DNA of 44,067 nucleotides, from assembly GCA_027451365.1 (NCBI GenBank), contig DAIDJN010000076.1:1-44067 (forward strand). The letters run 5' to 3'. Position 1 is the stretch's first letter; each line of letters starts with the position of its first letter. The stretch is from Phycisphaerales bacterium (GTDB lineage: Bacteria; Planctomycetota; Phycisphaerae; WQYP01). The translations under genes and the position numbers were made by a program. This document shows positions 1 through 9,064 of this stretch, piece after piece. Under the pieces are notes generated by a model that did no database searches, was not told the DNA's origin, and was given only the letters and a program-made list of their open reading frames with translations.

Positions 1-430
1 TCAGCCTCATGGGCCAGCCGCAGCGGCGTATCGGCCAGCAATCGTGCGGCATTGGTCAATTGCACAGAGCCGGTCCAAAGAATTCCTGAGACTAAGTTGC
101 CCAGCGCCCGTAATGGACCGCGACTGGTACACATGTCAAAATGCTCAAGATAATCTCGCAATAATGCCGATGTACAATGGAAATCGTCCTTTGCGTCCAT
201 AAAAAGCCTCCTTGCAGTTTGTCTTTGTACCTAACTACTGCATCGGAGGTTTTACGCGCTTTACTTGAAAGTGGGGAAACTCCAAGACAATTGGGACCGG
301 TCAATTGTCAATTGTGGGATGGCCGTCAATCCTGAACCAAATATTGATTCTCACCCTTTGGCGCAGAGCCGACCGGCAAATGCTGGCGTCCGCGCCGGCT
401 TGCCTGTGGAGCAGGGCACACGCAGGAAAA

Positions 431-904
431 TCATTTTTGGGTTGATGCGGCATTCGCGGCCTGTTGGGTAGTAACTGGCGAGCCGGCTGCGGGGGCGGTT
501 GTCGCAGGCGAGGCCGCCGGCGCGGTGGACGGCGGAAGAACTTCCTCATGAATACTGGTGGTAGTGGGCAGTCGCGGATACCCCGGCGCAGCGGAACTGG
601 TTTCAACGGGGTGGGCTGGAGTCAGAACAGTGGTGACGGTGGCGGACTGGCCAGGGTGATTGGGCAGGCCAATTACAACTTCCGGTTTGGGCGGCGGCTG
701 CATGAAAAGTGTTTCGGCACCATTATTGGCGAACGCGGGCGTGCGAACGGCGGTACCTGGACCGCGAGGCCGGGTCTGGCAGCCGGCAATCAGCATCAGC
801 ATGCCAAGAATCAACGCAAGCAGTCCGCGAGCGCCCTCGGGCAGCCGTCGCGAGGATCGCCCGGACCGATGATTCAAAGATTGATAATACGGATTATAAT
901 GCAT
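431..904 (-). CDS. Pro/Thr/Ala-rich putative lipoprotein
   Basis: ATG at 904, just downstream of the trpB stop. Basic N-region, hydrophobic stretch LLALILGMLMLIAG, lipobox-like IAG|C, then a low-complexity P/T/A tail. Confidence 0.6.
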   Translation of the reverse strand: MHYNPYYQSLNHRSGRSSRRLPEGARGLLALILGMLMLIAGCQTRPRGPGTAVRTPAFANNGAETLFMQPPPKPEVVIGLPNHPGQSATVTTVLTPAHPVETSSAAPGYPRLPTTTSIHEEVLPPSTAPAASPATTAPAAGSPVTTQQAANAASTQK

Positions 905-914
905 ATCTAATTGC

Positions 915-2252
915 CTATAATTGTTTATTCTGGACGCCTGAACCCGTAACCTGGCCACGCCCCTTTATTTCCATAAGCCGCGAAACTTCCATGACATCTT
1001 TGTCACCGCGACCGCTAAGGTTAATGACAAGAATTTTGTCCGAATCCATTTGGCTGGCCAGCTTAACCGCCGCCGCAACAGCATGTGAGCTTTCCAGCGC
1101 CGGCAGAATGCCTTCGCGCTGGGCAACAAGTTCAAACGCGGCCAGCGCTTCATCATCGGTTACGGAAGTGTATTGCACGCGACCGGTATCTTTCCAATAG
1201 GCATGTTCCGGCCCCACGCCGGGGTAATCAAGTCCGGCGCTGATACTGTGCACGTCCGCGGTCTGACCGTCCGGGTCTTGCAGCACATAGGAAAGCGACC
1301 CGTGAAGCACGCCAGGATTGCCCATGCTAAGCGAGGCTGAATGCTGGCCCAGGTCACGGCCGCGGCCACCCGCTTCCACGCCAACAAGCCGCACGGGCGT
1401 ATCATTGACGAATGGATAAAACATGCCCGCCGCATTGGAACCGCCGCCCACGCAGGCCACTACGCAATCCGGCAGGCGGCCGAACATGCTCATGGCCTGT
1501 TCGCGAGTTTCCCGACCGATAACACTTTGAAAATCACGTACTATGCGAGGAAACGGGTGCGGTCCGACCACAGACCCGATGATGTAATGGGTATGTTCAA
1601 CAGAACCCATCCAGTCGCGCATCGCTTCGTTGGTGGCGTCCTTAAGAGTACGCGAGCCGGATTCAACACTTACCACGCGCGTGCCCAGCAGCCTCATTCG
1701 GAATACATTCAGTTCCTGGCGCCGGATATCCTCGGAACCCATGTACACATCGCAGGACATGCCGAAAGCCGCCGCCGCGGTTGCGGTGGCCACACCATGC
1801 TGCCCGGCTCCGGTTTCGGCGATTATCCGCTTTTTACCCATGCGAACGGTAAGCAATCCCTGGCCAATGGTGTTGTTGATTTTATGGGCACCGGTGTGGG
1901 CAAGGTCTTCGCGCTTAAGAAAAATCTTTGCCCCACCGGCATATTCGGTCAGTCGTTTGGCGAAATAAAGCCGCGTGGGCCGACCGGCGAATTCGCGCAG
2001 GTAATATTCAAACTGTCGGCGAAATTCCGGGTCACGAATGGCGCGTTCATATTCCTCTGCAAGCTGTTGCACAGCAATCATAAGTGTTTCAGGTACATAT
2101 GCCCCGCCATAGGGTCCAAAATGCCCCAGTGAGTCCGGCACGTTTCCGGAGGCTTTGCCGATAGCAGGGTCCACGATGGTTCGCGAGGAAAGCCGTCTTG
2201 CGGCCTCTGCGCGGTTCATGGCGGAAGATGGTGAAGATGCGGTTTGTGTCAT
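915..2252 (-). CDS. trpB: Tryptophan synthase beta chain
   Basis: [30 protein letters not shown] (PLP lysine), [46 protein letters not shown] at 2252 preferred over TTG at 2270. Confidence 0.97.
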   Translation of the reverse strand: MTQTASSPSSAMNRAEAARRLSSRTIVDPAIGKASGNVPDSLGHFGPYGGAYVPETLMIAVQQLAEEYERAIRDPEFRRQFEYYLREFAGRPTRLYFAKRLTEYAGGAKIFLKREDLAHTGAHKINNTIGQGLLTVRMGKKRIIAETGAGQHGVATATAAAAFGMSCDVYMGSEDIRRQELNVFRMRLLGTRVVSVESGSRTLKDATNEAMRDWMGSVEHTHYIIGSVVGPHPFPRIVRDFQSVIGRETREQAMSMFGRLPDCVVACVGGGSNAAGMFYPFVNDTPVRLVGVEAGGRGRDLGQHSASLSMGNPGVLHGSLSYVLQDPDGQTADVHSISAGLDYPGVGPEHAYWKDTGRVQYTSVTDDEALAAFELVAQREGILPALESSHAVAAAVKLASQMDSDKILVINLSGRGDKDVMEVSRLMEIKGRGQVTGSGVQNKQL

Positions 2253-2618
2253 AGCCTTAGGCCCTTTCAATAAATATCATAGGTGCGGCGGCCCGGTTTT
2301 GCCAAGACCGCGGTTGATGTCGCGCCTGCAAGGGATGCCGCCGTTAATCGGGATTTGGCCAACTGCCCGCTTCACGACTTTTTGAACTAAGCTGGGCCAC
2401 CCAACCGGCGATTTGAAGCGAATGAGGACATCCGCGCCCTCGGGAAAATCCATGGTTCGCAAGAAACATGACGGGGCAGAGTCGACGGCCATCGCGTATC
2501 GGGTTGTCGGGAAGCGGGCCGGGGCTTTAGAATGCGGGCGGCAATATTTTGCACGGCTGCAATTGCGATGGGCTTCGGAGCCTGCTGGCATGAACGGCGG
2601 TCTAAAACAAGGTTACTC

Positions 2619-3854
2619 ATGCCTTCAGAAATCAACATGTCCGGTTCCTCGGCAGCGGAAGATAAGCGCCAGCACTGGCTGACTCAGGATGTCTGGCTTA
2701 TTTCGCTCTCCGCCTGTTTCGCCGACCTTGGCTATCAATCGGTACTGGCGGTTTTCCCTTTGTTTCTGGTACTGGTGCTGCATCAGCCAGTGTGGGTGTT
2801 CGCCTTGGCGACAGCAATAGCTTATGGCCCCGGGGCGATTTTTGCATTGATTGGCGGAAAGCTGGGCGACCGGTTCGGCCAAAAACGAGTCGCCCTGTTC
2901 GGCAATCTCCTTATTCCACTGTTGTCATTTTCCGGACTGGCTTCCACCTCGGCGGCCGCCGTGGCGTTGTTCTGTGGCGGCTGGTGGGCGAGAAATTTCC
3001 GTTCCCCCCCCCGCCGGGGCATGATGGTTGAAGCTGTACACGCGGACGATCGGGGCAAAGCCTTCGGCTTTCTGCATGCACTGGACATTGGGGGCGGCTT
3101 TCTGGCGGCACTGGGAACTATGCTGCTTTTTTGGGCTGCGATTAAAATAAAATATATTTTTCTGCTGACCATTATTCCCCTCCTTATGTCCAGCGTGTGG
3201 CTTATGTTTTCGCGAATGGGCAGACGCCCCTCAATTGAGGCATCTGGCGGTCCGATGCCATCGCCAATTCCGATGTCCGCACAGCACAAGTCGCTTTACC
3301 GGCGGCTGCTGATTGCCACGGCCCTGTATGGGTTTAGTTCATTTAGCTTTGGTTTTCCAATTTTGACGGTGGATCAATCCAGCCACAGCCGCGTGATGGC
3401 GGTGCTCTCTTATGTGGTATTTTTCGGGTTTTCCGCAGCCACGGGTTTAATCGTAGGCCGGGTCGGCAAAAAGCGAAGTGTGACGGCCTTGGCGCTGGGC
3501 GGGTATCTTGCCGGTGGTGTGGGCTGTGCCGGCATGGCCCTGGTATGGGCCAGTGGAGGAAACAGTCTGTTTTATTATCCGGTCGCGGCTGTCATGGGGT
3601 TAGCCCTGGGTGTGATTGAAACAATGGAACCAGCAATTATTTCGCGTATCATCCCAAAAGGCAGCACCGGCAGCGGCATGGGATCGCTGACTGCAATGCG
3701 GAGCATTGGACTGTTTGCAGCCAATCTGATGATGGGAATTATTTATCAAACGGGCAAATCCTGGACATGGCCCTACGCCTACGCCGCCCTGCTGGCCGCA
3801 CTGGCTGCGGGGATTGCCCTTTCGGTGCGGTCTGCTGAAACCGCGGCCGGCTGA
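2619..3854 (+). CDS. MFS transporter
   Basis: About 12 hydrophobic segments, MFS motif A (GGKLGDRFGQKR), RGKAFGFLHALD. Start uncertain (2532, 2619 or 2637). Confidence 0.9.
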   Translation: MPSEINMSGSSAAEDKRQHWLTQDVWLISLSACFADLGYQSVLAVFPLFLVLVLHQPVWVFALATAIAYGPGAIFALIGGKLGDRFGQKRVALFGNLLIPLLSFSGLASTSAAAVALFCGGWWARNFRSPPRRGMMVEAVHADDRGKAFGFLHALDIGGGFLAALGTMLLFWAAIKIKYIFLLTIIPLLMSSVWLMFSRMGRRPSIEASGGPMPSPIPMSAQHKSLYRRLLIATALYGFSSFSFGFPILTVDQSSHSRVMAVLSYVVFFGFSAATGLIVGRVGKKRSVTALALGGYLAGGVGCAGMALVWASGGNSLFYYPVAAVMGLALGVIETMEPAIISRIIPKGSTGSGMGSLTAMRSIGLFAANLMMGIIYQTGKSWTWPYAYAALLAALAAGIALSVRSAETAAG

Positions 3855-3909
3855 AAAGCGATATAGATGTCGGTAGGCCAAAGATCGACAGGAAAACTGG
3901 AAAAGCTTT

Positions 3910-5292
3910 ATGCGCCACAAAACACGCCATTCGGAAGGAAAACCACATTCACGAAAGCCAGCGGCGGAAGACAATTCGGGCGATTCGCGCCACGAATCGC
4001 AGCGAAAGCCGGATGATGACCCGCCGGACTGGGCTGGAAACGGGCCGGAAATCGCCGGCGATGACTCGGAAGAAAGACCCGTCGCCGGTGCCAAAGGCCG
4101 CATGGTACCGTTGTCGCACAGCGGACCATTGCCATGGGTGCAACTGCGCAACGTGGTATATGGCACATCGGTTTTTCGTAAAATGATTGGCCGCATCGCC
4201 AACGGCTTGCGCGCCGGTGATATGGTCAGTGTATATGACCGGGACGGCGTGCCCTTCGGAACCGCTGTATATAACAGCCAGGCCCCTGTAGCACTTCGCA
4301 TGATTGAATTCGGCGCAACTCCGGTAGATGAAACTTTTTTAGAACAGCGGCTGGAACGGGCTGTCCACTTTCGCCGGGAAATTTTGAAACTAGATGCCTT
4401 CACCAATGCGTACCGCATCACCCATGCGGAAGGCGATGGCCTGCCGGGGCTGATTATTGACCGACTGGGCGATACAGCGGTAGTGGAATTTTTTTCGCTG
4501 GCTATGCACCGCCGTCGGGAGCGAATCGAAAAGTCGCTTCTTTCTTTGCTGGATATCAAACGGGTGATTTTCCGCGCGGATACCGCCGTGCAGGCGACGG
4601 AAGGCTTTTTTATGCCTGCGGCCAAAATCGGGCCAGTTGCGGGCGGTATTATTACGGAGAACGCGCTGCGCTTTGCGGTGGACCCGGCCGGTGGACATAA
4701 GACAGGCTTTTTTTGTGACCAGCGCGATAATCGGCAGCGACTGACTCAGTTTACCGCCGGAGCGCAAGTTCTCGACCTGTGCTGCTACAGCGGGGGCTTC
4801 GGAATATATGCGATCGCACTGGGAAATGCCGCAAATGTGACGGCAGTTGACCTTGACGAAAACGCGATTGAACTGGCCCGGCGCAACGCCAACCTGAATA
4901 AAATACCTGCGGCACGCTACCAGACAGTTCACGCCGACAGTTTTCCCTATCTGCGGCAGATGAAACAAAACGGACGGTCTTTTGACACTGTTATTCTGGA
5001 TCCTCCAAAACTGATTCCGCAACGGGCCGATTTTGCCGATGGGCGCCAGGCCTATTTTGACCTGAACAAGCTGGGCATGGGGGTGGTCAAGCCGGGCGGC
5101 CTTCTGGTAACCTGTTCATGCAGCGGATTGTTGGACATATCTGAGTTTATGAATGTATTAAAGGGCGCGGCCCGCAGCGCGCAGCGGCGGGTGCAGATAT
5201 TTCAGATCACCGGGCCAGGCCCGGACCATCCGGTGATGACCGAGTTTCTGGAAGGACTTTATCTAAAGTGCATCTGGTGCCGAATCTGGTAA
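3910..5292 (+). CDS. rlmI: Class I SAM-dependent rRNA methyltransferase, RlmI/YccW family
   Basis: PUA-like N-domain, HAEGDGLPGLIIDR, GHKTGFFCDQRDNR, VLDLCCYSGGF (SAM motif I), ILDPPK, TCSCS, PDHP, YLK. Charged low-complexity N-terminal extension; true start may be later. Confidence 0.9.
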   Translation: MRHKTRHSEGKPHSRKPAAEDNSGDSRHESQRKPDDDPPDWAGNGPEIAGDDSEERPVAGAKGRMVPLSHSGPLPWVQLRNVVYGTSVFRKMIGRIANGLRAGDMVSVYDRDGVPFGTAVYNSQAPVALRMIEFGATPVDETFLEQRLERAVHFRREILKLDAFTNAYRITHAEGDGLPGLIIDRLGDTAVVEFFSLAMHRRRERIEKSLLSLLDIKRVIFRADTAVQATEGFFMPAAKIGPVAGGIITENALRFAVDPAGGHKTGFFCDQRDNRQRLTQFTAGAQVLDLCCYSGGFGIYAIALGNAANVTAVDLDENAIELARRNANLNKIPAARYQTVHADSFPYLRQMKQNGRSFDTVILDPPKLIPQRADFADGRQAYFDLNKLGMGVVKPGGLLVTCSCSGLLDISEFMNVLKGAARSAQRRVQIFQITGPGPDHPVMTEFLEGLYLKCIWCRIW

Positions 5293-5334
5293 GTCAACAG
5301 GCCGCACAATTGTCCGCGTGAGAACCGGGACAGA

Positions 5335-5922
5335 CTAACGCGAAAGCCCGGTTTCCATCGATTCGATTTCCGATTTTTTGACACCCATCAGACCAACCGT
5401 TAAGCCCGCATCCCGCAGCATACGGTTCGATTTGGTAATTAATACAAGCAGGGCAATCAGGTTAATAATGGACAAGAACTGCGCCACCACATACAGCCAC
5501 GCCCAACGGCTGCCACACGCCTCCGCTAAACGGTAAAGAGCTATTAAATAAAATACCATCATTACAAGATAACCCAATCCGCCAATCAAAAGAACAACCG
5601 TGAGAACAACCGAGCCGGCCGACGGGCGCAAGACCGCGACAACTGCCACCAGTAGAACGCCCGATATAAAGATCAGCACCAGCCGGAGCAGCCTGCGTTG
5701 TGCCCAGGCAATCGCCACAACTCCGGCTGCAGTACCGGCGGGCGATTCACCGGCGGCAAGCTGATCCAGCAACATCTGCTTTCCGGCGGCCGACACGCGT
5801 TTGCCCTGAAATGTAACCAATTCGTCAACGGGCACCCATTCGCCCGATATTTCGCATTGCGCCATGGGCGCGGCCGACTGATTCGCGGGGTCGACATTGG
5901 ACTTTCCAAAATTCTGGTCCAT
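5335..5922 (-). CDS. Hypothetical membrane protein with degenerate N-terminal zinc-ribbon-like segment
   Basis: ATG at 5922; CEISGEWVPVDELVTFQGKRVSAAGKQ followed by 3-4 transmembrane segments. Confidence 0.7.
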   Translation of the reverse strand: MDQNFGKSNVDPANQSAAPMAQCEISGEWVPVDELVTFQGKRVSAAGKQMLLDQLAAGESPAGTAAGVVAIAWAQRRLLRLVLIFISGVLLVAVVAVLRPSAGSVVLTVVLLIGGLGYLVMMVFYLIALYRLAEACGSRWAWLYVVAQFLSIINLIALLVLITKSNRMLRDAGLTVGLMGVKKSEIESMETGLSR

Positions 5923-6148
5923 AAGCGTACGCCTTATTTTAGAGCTTTGTCTGCACTTACTCGGACGACTGGCGGAGACTCCACCATTCGCATACCGGCA
6001 ATTCCGTCGCGGGCCTCTGCCCGGATGCGAGGTCAGGGGCCCGCCTGTAGAGGCGGCCAAGTCGGCGTATCATATCCGCTGGTGTACAAGATTGAAATGT
6101 TCGATTGCCGGCGCGCCCGGCAGGAATTAGCAAACCAGGCCGCCCAGT

Positions 6149-6184
6149 AAAAAAGGGCCGATCCGGCCTTTGCCGGATCGACCC
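6149..6184 (-). terminator. Rho-independent terminator of the glutamine synthetase gene
   Basis: Minus strand GGGTCGATCCGGC-AAAG-GCCGGATCGGCCC followed by TTTTTT, about 55 nt after the GS stop codon. Confidence 0.85.
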
Positions 6185-6239
6185 TGTGGGTTTAATCCAA
6201 GAATATCATCAGTGGAAAACCACTGACCAAAGCCGCTGC

Positions 6240-8432
6240 TTATTTGATAAACAGCATTTCGCGATAGGTGGGCAGCGGCCATGCGCTGTCGGAAACCATC
6301 GCTTCAAGCTTATCTCCAAATTCGCGAACCGCGTTCATGGCCGGTATGACCACATCGCGGGAATACTTGGCGTGGGCCAGGGAATCTCCTTTGGCGTGGT
6401 GTTCGTTAATTGCATCAAGCTTGTCAATGGCCTGATGGAAACCAGCGATCGCGGAACCGAGTTCCACAAGAATCTTCTGCTGCTCGGAAAGAGACTTGCC
6501 CTTAAGACCAGCGGCCTTGGCCGCGGCAATTGAGCCCGCCACCTCGGACTGGTAGCTGATGGCCGCTGGAAGGATCATGGTGCGTGCCATGGAAGCGGTC
6601 ATAAGACCTTCAATGGTGATGGTCTTTTTATAGTTCTCAAGGTAAATCTCGTAACGGCTGTGAACTTCCTTTTCGCTAAGCACTTTGTATTTGCCGAAAA
6701 GCTCCACCGCTTCCTTGCTGATGAGATGAGGAATCGCATCCACCGAAGTCTTGAGGTTAGGCAGCCCGCGCTTGGCGGCCTCTTTGTGCCATTCTTCGGT
6801 GTAGCCGTCGCCATTGAATATGACGCGTTTGTTTTCCTTGATCATCGTAACCAGCAGGCTCTGGACGGATTTATTAAAATCCTTGCCGGCTTTTACATCG
6901 GCTTCAAGCCGGGTCGCCACATAGTCAAGCGATTCGGCCACAATGGTGTTAAGCACGGTATTGGGGCCGGCAATGGACTGACCCGCGGAAACGGCGCGGA
7001 ATTCAAATTTATTGCCGGTGAAGGCAAAGGGCGAGGTGCGGTTGCGGTCGCCAGCGTCCCGCGGCAGCTTCGGCAACACGGTCACACCAATTTCCATCTG
7101 TCCACCAGCTTTGGTGCTCTTGGCACCGCCGGCTTCAATCTGATCCATGATATCCTGAAGCTGCTCGCCCAGGTAAATGGAAATAATGGCTGGCGGGGCT
7201 TCATTGGCACCCAGGCGATGGTCGTTCCCTGCCGAAGAAATCGCGACGCGCAACAGTGTGGCATATTTGTTCACCGCACGGATTGTGGCGGCGCAAAAAA
7301 CCAGGAACTGGGCGTTTTCGTGCGGCGTGTCACCCGGATTCAACAGGTTTTCCCCGGAATCGGTGGACATGGACCAGTTGTTGTGCTTGCCGGAACCATT
7401 GACGCGGGCAAATGGTTTTTCATGCAGCAGACAGCTAAGTCCGTATTGTTCGGCCACGTGCCGCAATGTTTCCATGGTCAGCATCTGGTGGTCGTGGGCA
7501 AGGTTGGAATCTTCAAAAATCGGGGCGATTTCATATTGTGCAGGGGCCACTTCGTTGTGGCGGGTTTTGACCGGAACTCCAAGTTTGTAGAGTTCCTGTT
7601 CAACTTCCAGCATACAGGCCAGCACGCGCTCCGGAATGGTGCCGAAATACTGGTCTTCCATTTCCTGACCCTTTGGTGGCTTGGCACCAAAAAGGGTACG
7701 GCCACAGTTAATCAGGTCAGGGCGGGCAAAGTAAAAGTTACGGTCAATTAGGAAATATTCCTGCTCCGCCCCGACGGTCGTAAACACCTTGGTAGCGGTG
7801 GTGTTACCGAACAACTTAAGCACGCGCATGGCCTGGGTGGATAGAGCTTCCATAGACCGCAAAAGCGGTATCTTTTTGTCCAGCGCTTCGCCAGTCCAGG
7901 AGACGAACGCTGTGGGAATTACCAGCGTTGTACCGTTGGGGTTTTCCAGGATGTACGCCGGAGAAGTCGGATCCCATGCCGTATATCCACGGGCTTCAAA
8001 TGTAGCCCGTAAACCGCCGGACGGAAACGACGAGGCATCCGGTTCACCCTTCACGAGTTCCTTGCCGGAGAATTCCAGAATCGCGCTGCACCCTTCCGGA
8101 GAAACGAAACTGTCATGCTTTTCGGCGGTCAGGCCGGTCATCGGATAGAACAGATGGGTGTAGTGGGTAGCTCCCTTTTCCACAGCCCAATCGCGCATCG
8201 CGGACGCCACGACGTCGGCAATGCCGGGGTCTATTGCGGCCCCGCGTTTGATGGTCTGTTGCAGCTTTTTAAATATTGGCTTGGGCAACCGCTGCCGTTG
8301 AACATCTTCATTAAACACATTGCTGCCATAAATGGCGCTGATCGGTGTTTCCTTGAAGTTGATTCTTGGAGCAACACTCCGGAACTGTGTAAGCGCCTCA
8401 ATTGCGGCACGACGAGCTGTGAATGCACCCAT
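6240..8432 (-). CDS. glnA: Glutamine synthetase type III
   Basis: GSIII N-domain ([23 protein letters not shown]), [84 protein letters not shown]-terminal [14 protein letters not shown] at 8432 has an upstream AGGAG. Confidence 0.96.
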   Translation of the reverse strand: MGAFTARRAAIEALTQFRSVAPRINFKETPISAIYGSNVFNEDVQRQRLPKPIFKKLQQTIKRGAAIDPGIADVVASAMRDWAVEKGATHYTHLFYPMTGLTAEKHDSFVSPEGCSAILEFSGKELVKGEPDASSFPSGGLRATFEARGYTAWDPTSPAYILENPNGTTLVIPTAFVSWTGEALDKKIPLLRSMEALSTQAMRVLKLFGNTTATKVFTTVGAEQEYFLIDRNFYFARPDLINCGRTLFGAKPPKGQEMEDQYFGTIPERVLACMLEVEQELYKLGVPVKTRHNEVAPAQYEIAPIFEDSNLAHDHQMLTMETLRHVAEQYGLSCLLHEKPFARVNGSGKHNNWSMSTDSGENLLNPGDTPHENAQFLVFCAATIRAVNKYATLLRVAISSAGNDHRLGANEAPPAIISIYLGEQLQDIMDQIEAGGAKSTKAGGQMEIGVTVLPKLPRDAGDRNRTSPFAFTGNKFEFRAVSAGQSIAGPNTVLNTIVAESLDYVATRLEADVKAGKDFNKSVQSLLVTMIKENKRVIFNGDGYTEEWHKEAAKRGLPNLKTSVDAIPHLISKEAVELFGKYKVLSEKEVHSRYEIYLENYKKTITIEGLMTASMARTMILPAAISYQSEVAGSIAAAKAAGLKGKSLSEQQKILVELGSAIAGFHQAIDKLDAINEHHAKGDSLAHAKYSRDVVIPAMNAVREFGDKLEAMVSDSAWPLPTYREMLFIK

Positions 8433-8524
8433 AACGACTGAACTCCTAAAAAGATGGCTTCTTGTAATCCGCCCGGCCAACGGCCGACCAACACTACTAA
8501 ATCTCCCGGCCAACGAAGCCGGGT

Positions 8525-8554
8525 ATTCTAACCGAGAGCGCGATTTTTGAGCAA
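8525..8554 (-). promoter_or_regulatory. Putative sigma70-type promoter of glnA (proximal)
   Basis: Minus strand TTGCTC-N18-TAGAAT, about 90 nt upstream of the start codon. Confidence 0.45.
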
Positions 8555-8755
8555 ACAGCGCCAAAATGCACGCCAGAAATCTGCGGGATTTCTAAAAATC
8601 GCGCACTAAATGTCATTAAAACGGTCGTTACTCCAGCCCGTTCAACGCATGGACGTCTCTTCGGGTAACCGCGCAACGCCGCCTGCCGCCCCATCCAAAA
8701 CACCAAGGAAGGAAAGCTGCGGAGGCTAAACGCGTAAACTCCAGCGAACGGGTTA

Positions 8756-8771
8756 TGCAATTTCCATGCCT
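8756..8771 (-). promoter_or_regulatory. Putative sigma54 (-24/-12) promoter directed toward glnA
   Basis: Minus strand AGGCATGGAAATTGCA, with exact GG-N10-GC spacing, close to the TGGCACG-N4-TTGCW consensus. Confidence 0.7.
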
Positions 8772-8964
8772 GTATTTATGGTCGGTTTGCCGGTTTAGAG
8801 TGCGACGTTTTCGGTCAGCCGGATCATTTTCAATTTCGCGCCAGATAGAAGGTGATGATTGCGGCAACAATTCAAGGCTTATACATCCGGGCGGCCAAGC
8901 CGGTACGGGGCGGTAAAATTTGACTGCGGGTCAGGACAAAAGGTGTCGATTGTAAAATGGCATA

Positions 8965-9021
8965 TGCTTAATTTGTAAGCAGTCAGCAAACGCAGCCAAT
9001 GGTTCGCATCATTTTTAGGCA
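8965..9021. promoter_or_regulatory. Two NtrC-like enhancer sites
   Basis: 17-bp TGCTTAATTTGTAAGCA (8965-8981, dyad) and CGCATCATTTTTAGGCA (9005-9021). Both have the GC-N11-GC, AT-rich-centre form of NtrC sites and lie upstream of the sigma54 motif. Confidence 0.5.
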
Positions 9022-9064
9022 GACCACTGGTGGTCATCTCGACCCAATCTATTTTCTAAACGGG

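Noticed and set aside
1..134. Minus-strand frame MCTSRGPLRALGNLVSGILWTGSVQLTNAARLLADTPLRLAHEA running off the window edge
   Set aside because: Possibly the start of a real gene, but too short to support a call.
2277..2530. Trp attenuator or leader peptide upstream of trpB
   Set aside because: The upstream ORF has a single Trp, with no tandem Trp codons and no terminator/U-tract.
8440..8750. Glutamine (glnA-motif) riboswitch in the GS leader
   Set aside because: CGTTGGCC occurs twice, but the GGAAGTA and GAAG.AACG elements of the aptamer are not visible.
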